Below are positions 1 to 10,270 of a DNA stretch of 64,000 nucleotides, piece by piece; position 1 is the stretch's first letter; every line of letters starts with the position of its first letter. Below the pieces are notes generated by a model that did no database searches, was not told the DNA's origin, and saw nothing but the letters and a program-made list of their open reading frames with translations. Source of the stretch: Camelus ferus (taxonomy: Eukaryota); the NCBI RefSeq assembly GCF_009834535.1, contig NC_045696.1, positions 13,022,001-13,086,000 on the forward strand, given 5' to 3'. The position numbers and the translations under genes were made by a program.

Positions 1-844
1 AGGTGGCAAAGGTGGGATTTGAATCTGGGCACTGTATGATTCTGGACCCTGTTCTGTTAGCCAGTGGGCTTGTGTTTTCAGTATATGAGGTGATGGGCCA
101 CTATTGATTCTTGAAATTGAGTGGATCGCAACTGGAATTTTTTTTTTTTTTTAAATGGAACAGAGTAGAAATTAGAGTACTTTGCACTAGTAAGGTAAAA
201 TGTTGACAGGTGAAAGTTTGTTTCTCTCTTTGTTTTATGTAGCTGTATTTGTACACATGTGAGCTTGTAAGCCATTGCAAGAGGCTAAGTAGCATTTGTC
301 CAGGCAAGAGCCAGTGGTGGCTTAGACTAGAAGTGTAGCCGTGCAGATGGAGAGAAGTGGGTCTTAGTTGTAAGAGGCAGAGGCACCAGGTCTCGATAAG
401 AAATTGGATCTGGGGCCAAGTGTGGGAGATGTCAGGGGTGAGTCCTGGGTTTCTGGTGGGAGCAAGATCAGTCCACTCTAAGGGAGACTGACCCTTCCTA
501 GAGCGGTCCTCCCAGGTGGCTGTTCTACCACCGAATTATCTAGCATCTCTCGGCTGCAGCTGATGGGACTTGGGGTTGGCATGCATATGACTCAAATCTG
601 TAAGCTGGCCATGAATTTAGGAGACAACTTGTCATCCAAACTGCCTAAACAGAGGGGTTGAGCCAAGAATAAATTCTCTCTTAAGTTTGAGGTGAGCAGT
701 GAGCAAACTGGTGGCAGCAGATCGCACGAACCTATGTGGGCGAACAGCAGCTCTGGAGTGATGGTATGGCAACTGGTCTTTCTTTGTGTTATGTAAACAT
801 ATCGCTCCATTTATTTAGGTGTTCTTCAGTGTCTTTCAATACAG

Positions 845-1497
845 TTTTTTTAAATTGAGGTAAAATTGGTACATTAACATCATATAACTTTCAGGTGTAC
901 ACCAGTATAATTCTACATCTGTGTGCATTACAAAGTGATGACCACCTGTCACTATCCATGCATTTGACCCCTTTCACACATTTTGCCCACCCCTGACCCC
1001 ATTCGCTTCTGGTAACCACCAGTCTGTTCTCTGTATGTATGAATTTTGTTCTGTTTGTTTTGTTTCCTTTTAGACTCCACGTATGAATGAGAGCGTACGG
1101 AATCTGTCTTTCTCCACCTGACTTATTTCACTTAACATTATGCCCTCAAGGTCCATCCGTGTTGTCGTAAATGGCAAGATTTCTTTCTTTCTTTTTTTTT
1201 TTTTTAATGGCTGAGTAGGATTCTGTTGTGTATACATATCACATCTTCTTTCATTCATTCATCCACTGCAGGACATTTGTGTTGTTTCCATATCTTGGCT
1301 GTTGTAAATAATGCTACAATGAACATAGGGTGTGTATATCTTTTCAAATTAGTGTTTTTGTATTCTTTGGATAAACACCCAGAAGTGTTAATGATTTGAT
1401 CATATGGTAGTTCTGTTCTTAGTTTTTTGAGGATTCTTCCCATTGTTTTCCATAGTGGCTTCACCAATTTACATTCCCACCAACAGTGGACGAGGGT
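845..1497 (-). mobile_element. LINE-1 3' fragment (ORF2 C-terminus and 3'UTR)
   Basis: Minus ORFs with ELPYD, HPMFIVALFTTAKIWKQHKCP and MDLEGIMLSEISQ; T-rich tail at the left end. Confidence 0.9.
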
Positions 1498-3224
1498 AAG
1501 ATTGGTATGGTTTTAAGGGTGGGCAAGGCAGATGCCAGGAGAGAATAGAAGGCCAGGGACTTGGATGCAGGGACAGAGCAAGGCAGGTGGTCAGCTGTTG
1601 AGTCTGGCGTGGCTGGAGGGTGTCTGGTCTTAGGGAAGGTGGAGGACAGTGGTCTGTGTGGCACCCCCCACACAAGGCACGTATTTCTTTGAATGGTGGT
1701 TCCTCCCCACTATTCCTAACACCAGTTCCTTGTGTTGATAACTGAAATATTAAGACTGACTGCCAAAGGGAATTTGCTGCTCTTTCATATGGGTGCAAAC
1801 CCAAAGTTGAGTTAGTCCTAGTGCATTATTTTGGAGTGGCCATGATTTCAGGTGGTATGCTGAATCAGGAAATGATAGGTTGTGATTCTTAACCCTGGGT
1901 AGAGTTTAACCACAGAGTGAGAGATTTTATTTTCGTTGACTGTTTCTGAGGAACTCAGCTATAATGAGCACCTTAAAAATAAACACATAAGTAGAATAGA
2001 ATTCATAGATGCATACCACGTGTCTGTGACTATAACACCCTGTCTCTGAGGTGGAATTCACCTGTGATCTGGGCCTGGTCTGTCTGAATGTTAGTAGTTC
2101 CTGTTTCTCCTTTCATTTTTGTTTGGAGTGTAGTGAATCTGAAAACAGTAACATTTATTCAGTCACCGAACATTTGAGGACCTTCACATTTCAGGCAGTG
2201 TGTAAGGTGTCAGAAGAACAGAAGTGACACAGGGATGACCTCTGAAGCTGTGAGGAGCTTCTCAGCCTCCCTCATCGTGATTGCCATGCCCTGGTGGGTC
2301 TGCATGTACCCGGGGGTGCTCACTGCTGGCCATTGTGGTTTGGGAGAAAATACTAGAACTTCTCTTTTTAGCCTCTGACTTTCAGCCTCTGTGTTTTGTA
2401 ATGTATGTAATATGTAAGACTAGTACATGTCTGAAATATGTAGACAAACATGCAGACGTTGGGGCTGCCTTTTTTTGTCAGTAGTGTGTATCTGATCAAA
2501 AAATGTTTGGAGGCTACTATATGTTAGTATGCGTTTTTAAAAATAGACATTTTGGATAACTTTCTCTTAGGTTTTAACATTTTGAGAAAACCAAGAGTTT
2601 CTACCTGTGACAAACCTTGTTCTTAATGATGGAGTAGTCATACTTGTAGCCTACGTTTTGTAGTGTAAAGTAAGACTTGTGATGTAAAACGAGACTTATC
2701 ACTAAGATCTGGCCTGGCACATTTGAGTCTGTCAAGGAAGTCATTTTCTTCTTGTTGGAGGAACTTTACCGTTTGTAGAATGTGTCCCTTGTTCTGAAGC
2801 AGCAAGGCCTCCGACCAGCTGCCAGAAGTTGGGGAATAGGGCATGGAGAATGGTGGGGTGCCGTATGCCAGTTGCCCTGCTCAACCCCATCCCGAAGTGT
2901 GACCTCTGGTGACCTATACACATGCCCATTAACATCTTATAGTGCCCAGGATGGGGATGCCACCCAGAAATTTCTCAGCCCCCCATCTCTTTGCTCATTA
3001 GAGGTGAATTTCTCAGTATGGTGTGTCTCATTTTCAGAGAGCCATGAAGTCCTTGCTTCAACAAGGTCTTCCCTCCTTCACCCTCCCTCTTCACCAAGAA
3101 CCTTTTTTCCCTAAAATTAGAAAAACTGCTCTCAAGAATCCATTTTAAATCAGGTAAACTGAATAAATACTTCCAGGTGCTCTATTTTTTAAAATTTATT
3201 TTTATTAATTTTTTTTTCCTCTTC

Positions 3225-3500
3225 CCTTTTTTTTAATTGAAGTGTAGTCAGTTTACAATGTATTCATTTCTGGTGTACAACGTAGTGACATAGTCATACA
3301 TACATATATACATATATGTTCCTTTTCATATTATTTTTCATTATAGGCCATTACAAGGTATTGAATATGTTCCCTGTGCTATAAAGTAAGACCTTGTTTA
3401 TCTATTTTATATGCAGTAGGACCTTGTCGTTTATCTATTTTATATACAGTAGTTAGTATCTACAAATCTATTTTCTATACGGTAGTTAGTATCTACAAAT
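3225..3500 (-). mobile_element. Short L1 3'-end fragment with internal direct duplications
   Basis: ttttaattgaagtgtagtcagtttacaatg...ttgaatatgttccctgtgctat; repeated tctattttxtatacxgtagttagtatctacaaat units. Confidence 0.75.
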
Positions 3501-3637
3501 GTTTCTGGGCTCTCTAGAGGCCTGTTTTCAGTTCTGTCTTAGTGGTGAGTATTTTAATTTATATTTGCCAGTGTCACGTTTTATAAGCCTATTCCCCAAA
3601 GTTTTCTGTGAGTGAACCCTGGCCTGTGTCTTCGCAG

Positions 3638-3697
3638 GGTTGATGACACGCAGAAGCATGCTCTCTCGGACCTCCCCGGCGCCACCTGCCACGCAGA
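3638..3697 (+). other. BACH1: BACH1 5'UTR portion of the first coding exon (exon 2)
   Basis: Acceptor tgtgtcttcgcag|G at 3637/3638, 60 nt before the ATG; the sequence resembles the recalled human exon 2 start GGTTGATGA...AGAAGCATG. Confidence 0.8.
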
Positions 3698-3949
3698 ATG
3701 TCGCTGAGTGAGACCGCGGTGTTCGCGTACGAGTCCTCGGTGCACAGCGCCCACTTGCTGCTCAGCCTGGACGAGCAGCGCCGCAAGGACGTGCTGTGCG
3801 ACGTCACGGTCGTGGTGGAGGGCCGGCCCTTCCGCGCCCACCGCGCCGTGCTGGCCGCCTGCAGCGGCTACTTCCACTCCAGGCTCGCGGGCCAGGGCCA
3901 GGGCCAGGGCCAGGAGGACGCCGGGCTGCGCATCACTCTGCCCGAAGAG
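3698..3949 (+). CDS. BACH1: BACH1 coding exon 1 (N-terminal half of BTB/POZ domain), 84 codons
   Basis: [17 protein letters not shown]...[32 protein letters not shown]...ITLPEE is the BACH1 BTB N-terminus; donor GAG|GTGGGA at 3949/3950, phase 0. Confidence 0.97.
3890..3913 (+). repeat. Coding hexanucleotide repeat (GGCCAG)4
   Basis: Perfect 4 x GGCCAG encoding GQGQGQGQ. Confidence 0.98.
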
Positions 3950-4639
3950 GTGGGAGAGGGTGCCGCGATTCCAGTTCAATCTGAGTTACATCTCTTGCGG
4001 TTAATCAGTATTCTAAAGATAAAACGCGGTCTCCTTGTCATCAGGCTGAAAAGTTCCCGGGTTCTGCATCAGCACATTTCTTTAACTTTCTTCATAGGCA
4101 TGATGGGTATGATGGATTACGGGTAAAATGATTCACTTTGGATGTTAGTTAACAGTATTGATGAGCAATTGAATATCTTGACCCCTTGTTAGACTGTTTT
4201 TGATGAAATGACCCAGCCAGTGGATTACAGACATTGAAGTGGTCACACTCTGAGGGGCCACACTCTGTGCCAGCCCCTCCCTTTGGACACTTTTCCTGTG
4301 TTGGGAAACTGACTGGGGTTAGGGTTCTCCAAAGCATCCAATTCTCTAAGAGGTGCCCTCATGGAAAGTAGGTGGTCCACAAGTGTTTCCTTTCTCCCCC
4401 CTTTCTTCTTTCTGTGCAGCTCTGCATTGGTAGAAAAAAGGTGATTTTGTGTCATATTTTAGAGCCTTGTTCTTTTAAAAAAAAATTTTATTTCTATAGA
4501 GCCTTGTTCTTACACACCTTTTGAAGGCCCACCAGCCTGTTGTGGAGCTCCCACACCAGAACTTTAGGTCCTTATTATGGTCCTGCCTCCAACAAACCTC
4601 TCTCTGGGCAAGACTACTGGGTACACTGACTCAACTCTT

Positions 4640-4801
4640 TTTTGTTTGTTTGTTTGTTTAATCTCTTAGAAAAAAAATTTTTTTTGGAGAGGGAGGTAAC
4701 TAGGTTTATTTTATAATTTTTTTTAATGGAGGTATTGGGGATTGAACCCAGGACTTCATGCATGCTAAGCACGTGCTCTACCACTGAGCTATACCCTCCC
4801 C
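4640..4801 (-). mobile_element. tRNA-derived SINE (camelid vic-1-like) with TSD
   Basis: Minus-strand A box TAGCTCAGTGG and B box GGTTCAATCCC, A-rich tail; flanked by ctgactca(a)ctctt at 4626-4639 and 4802-4814. Confidence 0.85.
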
Positions 4802-5439
4802 CTGACTCACTCTTATATCATAATAGTTTGCTTGATTTCAGTACTAACTGCAGCTAGAAGAAAGCTGAGCCTTGTGGCATCGGGACACACATAAGAAATT
4901 GTTTAGAGGAATTTAGACATAGTATGTAAAACTTCTCTGTGTATGGACAGGTCTGTGTGAGCTGCTCTGTGATGACACTAAGTCTCCAGTTTGGCTTAAC
5001 GCTGGCATGCATACATCCATGAAATTGGTGCTGCAGTTTGGAGAATCAGCAGGTTGTCACTTCTGTGGCAGGAGTAAGAGCAAATAATACAATAACAAGA
5101 CAATGACAAGAAAGGCCAACTATAGGTTAGCCATTGTTTTTTAGAAAGTTTCAACATATATTATAACAGAGATATCCTTGTTATGGTCCGTAATTTCAAA
5201 TTACTTAATAAGACTTTTCAAGTATAGAAAATTTTGATTCACGTAAACTGAATGAAATGTGTATGTGTCCATGCACTTGTGAATACAAGTGCATTCATTC
5301 TAATTTGAGTGTAAATTGTAAGTTTTCAGATATTTGAAGTATTTCATCATAGTGACAGATTGAAAAGATTATTGTATAACTCACTGTCTTAAAAGCCTTT
5401 TTGATTATTTTAAATTATTAAATTTTTTTTAATTTAGAA

Positions 5440-6330
5440 TTTTTATTGAGATAACTGTAAATGCACGTCCAGTTATAAGACATAATGCAGAGGGATCCCT
5501 TGTACACTTGTCCAGTTTCCGTCAATGGTAACATTTTTCAAAATTATAGTATAATAACACAGCCAGGATTCTGATATAAATACGGTTCACTCATCTTATT
5601 CAGACTTCCCCAGTTTTACATGTACTAAATTGTATGTGTGTATGAAGTTCTATACAGTTCCATTCCCTGGGTGGGTCCCAGTATCTACCACCCCATTCAA
5701 GATACTGAGCAGTTCCAAGAGCCGCCCAGCGATTCCTCGTATTGCCCTTTTATCATCACCCCCACTTCTTTCCTGCCCTCTGCTCTCACTCCCTTACCCT
5801 CTCCCTCCGTTCCTAATACCCGGCAACCACTAATCTGTCCTTTCCTAAAGTGTCATCATTTCAAAAGTGTTATATAAATGGAATCATGTAATATGTGACC
5901 TTTTGGGATTGACCTTTTCCCACTTACCACAATTCCCTTGAGATTTATCGAAGTTGTGTGCATCAGTAGTGTGTTCTTTTTACTGCTGAGTATTCCATAG
6001 TGTGCGTGTACTAGTTTGTATTTAACTGCACACCTACTGAAGGGAATCAGGCTAATTCCAATTTTTGGCTGTTAGAGACCAAATTGCTGTGAACATTTGT
6101 GCATAGATTTTTGTACAAACTGGAGTTTTCATTTCTCTGGCATAAAAGAACAGGAGTCCACTTGCTGGAACACATGGGTAGTTAATGTATAGTTTTATAA
6201 GAAACTACCAAACTGGTTTTCAAAGTGGCTGTACCATTTTACATTCCCACCAGCAATGAATGACTAGTCTAATTTCTCCACATCCTCACCAGTGTTTGGT
6301 GTTATGGCTATTTTTTTATTTTAATTATTT
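5440..6330 (-). mobile_element. Old LINE-1 (L1MB/L1MC-like) fragment
   Basis: Motifs such as atataaatggaatcat and caaagtggctgtaccattttacattcccaccagcaatg. Confidence 0.8.
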
Positions 6331-7217
6331 AAAAGCTAATTAAGTGCTCACAGTTTAGTAAGTTTTTAAGAAGATCAAAAAAAATTATACTATATTGATC
6401 ACTCTTAGAGGAATTCAGTGTTTTAAAATTAATTTTGTATTTTGAGCCCAGAGTGAGGCTTTCCCTGCACTTCAGAAGGTTTCCTTTGCCCCCTACTTTG
6501 CAGAGGCAGGTTCAGTGTAAATGTGCAAGTTTCTCCTGAAAGGTTTTATTACCTAGAGTCTATGAGTCTTTGCTGACACAGTACTGGGCACGATTTTTAG
6601 ACCTTCACTTAGATCACTTTTTAACTCTGAATCTTTAAAAATTTTATTAGAAATTTTTGGCATGGAATAAAGATGATAGTTAACCATTTACCTTGCGTTC
6701 ACCTTGGATCAGGACTACTTTAAGTGCTTTAGATATATTGTTTTCCATCCTTGAAAACTTCACTTTTGTAGTTTCTAGCAGTTGGGGAGTTGTTTGGAAG
6801 ATAGTGACCACGTGGACCTGGGCTGGCAACAGACTCCTGGCATTTGACTATGTTGCAAGTTGTGTCTGTGCTGCTTTCTTCCATAGATGACTTCTTTCAG
6901 CTAATGTGGAAAATTGTGATAATGTTTATATCTCTTCCTCATCTGAGCAAACCGTAATCCATGGGTCATTAAGAGTGGAATCTATAAAGTGGAGGGTGTG
7001 GTCCTAGTGAACACAGTGTGATAAGCGTGCTTTTCCAGACTCCCTTAGCTTTGCATTTCCTAGAAGAATATTTTTTCTTTCCAAATTAATTAAAATACCC
7101 TTTTTATAATTATCAGGAAACTGCTACTCATCTCACTCTTCTCTCCTTCTTCTCTTGTACTTATCTACTAGACAGCCTCCAGGTAACAGATTCTGTTTTT
7201 ATTTTGTCTGTTAACAG

Positions 7218-8564
7218 GTGACAGTTAAAGGCTTTGAACCTTTGATTCAGTTTGCCTACACTGCGAAACTGATTTTAAGTAAGGACAATGTGGATGAAGT
7301 GTACAAGTGTGTGGAATTTTTAGGTGTACCCGATATTGAGGAATCCTGCTTTCAGTTTCTCAAATATAAGTTTTTGGACTCCACTGCAGACCAGCCAGGA
7401 TGCCCAAGAAAAAAATGCTTCTCGTCATCCTGTGAGAAAACAGATTTTAAATGTTCCCTTTTTGACCAGAGGGATTTAGAAATTGATGAGGTGGAGGAAT
7501 TCTTGGGAAATAAAAATGTTCAGACCCCTCACTGTAAACTCCGTGGGCATCAAGGCAGTGCAAAAGTGTCACCTCCTCTGCAGGACAGTGCCAGTCAAAC
7601 ATGTGAATCCATGTGCTTAGAAAAGGATGCTGCTCTGGCTTTGCCGTCTTTATGCCCCAAATACCGAAAATTCCAAAAAGCTTTCGGAACTGACAGAGTC
7701 CGTGCTGTGGAGTCCAGTGTCAAAGACGTTCAGGCTTCTTCTGTTCAGCCAAATGAGACATCTGAAAGTGATTGTCTGGGAGCAATCCAGGACTGTGCAG
7801 ATCTGCAGGTGATTTTAAAATGTGAAGACAGAAAATTAGCAATGGAACATGAAGAAACCAAGAAAAAAGATCCTGCTTCTCAGTGCCCATCAGACAAAAC
7901 AGAAGCGACTCCTTTCCCCCCGGCTTCTGCAGACCCTCATGGGCTCTATACTCTGTCTCTCTTACACACGTATGACCAGTATGGTGACTTGAATTTTGCT
8001 GGGGTGCAAAACAAGACAGTGTTAACAGAAAAGCCTTTGTCAGGTTCAGATGTTCGAGAGGAGAAAACTTTTGGTGAGAGTCAAGATTTACATCTGAAAT
8101 CTGACTCTGGCCCCAGGGAAGATAGTAGTAGCCTTGCCTCGAGTGATCTGAGCAGTGTGGAGCGAGAAGTGGCAGAACACCTAGCAAAAGGCTTCTGGAG
8201 TGACATTTGCAGCACGGACTCTCCCTGCCAAATGCAGTTATCACCTGCCGTGGCCAAAGATGGCTCAGAACAGATCTACTCCCAGAAACGGTCTGAGTGT
8301 CCCTGGTTAGGTATCAGGATCAGTGAGAGCCCAGAACCTGGTCAAAGGACTTTTACAACCTTAAGTTCTGTCAATTGCCCTTTTATAAGTACACTTAGTG
8401 CCGAAGGCTGTTCAAGCAATTTGGAAATTGGAAATGATGATTATGTTTCAGAACCTCAGCAGGAACCTTGTCCCTATGCTTGTGTGATTAGCCTGGGAGA
8501 TGACTCTGAGACGGATACCGAAGGAGACAGTGAACCCTGTTCAGCCAGAGAACAAGAATGTGAG
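7218..8564 (+). CDS. BACH1: BACH1 coding exon 2 (BTB C-terminal half plus central region with Cys-Pro heme-regulatory motifs), 449 codons
   Basis: Acceptor ttaacag|GTG; VTVKGFEPLIQFAYTAKLILSK...EREVAEHLAKGFWSDIC...ECPWLG...NCPFIS...PCPYAC...AREQECE; donor GAG|GTGAGC at 8564/8565; six CP dipeptides. Confidence 0.98.
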
Positions 8565-9079
8565 GTGAGCGGAAAAATGAGTGTGTCGTAAAGTCATCAT
8601 TTTACCACCATTAATTGGGGTGAATGCGTCAGCTCCTGCTGCACCACTAGGGATATGAGCTGGTTCAGGGAGGGAGGACGAAGCCCACACACAGTTAGTT
8701 ATAAAACCATGTGATAAATACCAAGAGTGTGTGATGAAGGTTGAAGGACTTCTGTGTTCATATATTTCCAGCAGGTGTATGTATTATGATAACCAGAGAG
8801 TAGATTCACGCATTGGCCATTTAACTGTTTAAATCCAATGCCATGTCCCAAGAGGAAAAAGAATAGATTCTGTAATCATCATGTGACAACTCCTGGTTAA
8901 ATACAGCACGTATTCAGTCTTACTCATTGCCACAAGCATGTCTAGACATGGGACTAGCCACTTAGCAATGACTTAGCAGTGACTAGTTGTAGGAAAGTGG
9001 CTTCTGATCCAGAGTTTTCTTTACACTAGTTTCTCATGGCTATTAATGTTTTTCTTATTTTCCCTTCACCATTTCAGCT

Positions 9080-9148
9080 ATGAATTTAAAGGATGTCTTA
9101 ATAATTTAGCATGAATTTAAAGAATGTCTTAATAATTTAGCATGAATT
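9080..9148 (+). repeat. 31-bp tandem duplication (x2.2)
   Basis: ATGAATTTAAAG(G/A)ATGTCTTAATAATTTAGC twice, one mismatch, plus ATGAATT. Confidence 0.95.
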
Positions 9149-10063
9149 ACGTGTAGCTGGTACGGTATTAATCGTACCAAGCTTGATCTGTATGTTTTGT
9201 ATATAAATGTTTGTGTTTGATAGATTTTTTTTTTTTGGTAAAACATTACTATATTTCCAGTAATAATAAGGGCTTGTTAGTTCTTTATCATGTTCTTTGG
9301 TTTTATAGCTGTTGGATGACGTAGTTTGAAAGAATGAAAGAGGTTTTTTTCCCCCTTGGCTTTGGAAAGAGATGATTGGTGATTTAATTTAAGAAGTAAT
9401 AATGAATGCTTGGGTTGAATCTATAGATTTTTATATGACATTTGTAAATCCAGTGTTTAGAGCTATGAAAACAGTGTTAAAAATAAAACATTTAAGAAAT
9501 TTTAGAATATTTTGTGTAACTAATTTTTGTAAGCTTGAAAACTAAGTTGCCAGAGAAACTCACCAGTGTTCATTTGTGTTTTTGATGATAATATAATTAA
9601 ATTGTTCCACAATTTTATTGTTTTTTAAAAATTATCTTTTTTTTTTTCAAATTTAAGTATGAGGAAATGACTTGAAAATATTCATAAGATTTTTCTAACG
9701 ATTTCTACATTGGCAAGTAGAATAAGTTATGTGAAACTGCCATTTTCCTGACAGAAAAGTAAATTTTCTGAAATGCTTTAGAAGTTACTAGTGTTATAGA
9801 CCAGTATTGAATCAGTGCTACACAGTAATATAAATCAAAGAATAAAATATATTTTGGTTTAGGTAAAAACATAATTTAAAACACTTTAAAAAGAACCTTA
9901 ATGATATTTATGGGATATTAATATACCCTAGTAAAGTAATTTAAATTCTGTTTAAGTATAAATGAAATTCCCTGGAAAATATAGATGCATATCTTCCTCT
10001 TTCTGGGTTTAAGCAGAACTACAAAATACAGCACCAATTACTAATGTTAATCTCACCTTCTAG

Positions 10064-10270
10064 GTAAAACTGCCATTTAATGCGCAACGAATAATTTCAC
10101 TCTCTCGAAATGATTTTCAATCCTTGTTGAAAATGCACAAGCTAACTCCAGAACAGCTGGATTGCATCCACGATATTCGGAGAAGAAGTAAGAACAGAAT
10201 TGCTGCGCAGCGCTGTCGCAAGAGAAAACTTGACTGCATACAGAATCTGGAATCAGAAATCGAGAAGCTG
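10064..10270 (+). CDS. BACH1: BACH1 coding exon 3 (CNC domain and basic region), 69 codons
   Basis: Acceptor ctaat...caccttctag|[72 protein letters not shown]; donor CTG|GTAAGT. Confidence 0.98.

Noticed and set aside
3581..4004. Several overlapping ORFs on both strands (132, 72, 98, 62 aa) over the first coding exon
   Set aside because: Shadow ORFs caused by stop-codon depletion in very GC-rich coding DNA; no independent similarity recognised.
4700..4801. tRNA-like A/B boxes (also 59120-59205)
   Set aside because: SINE heads with tails and TSDs, not tRNA genes.
7720..8244. 174-aa antisense ORF inside the large BACH1 exon
   Set aside because: Antisense shadow of the real CDS with no recognisable domain.
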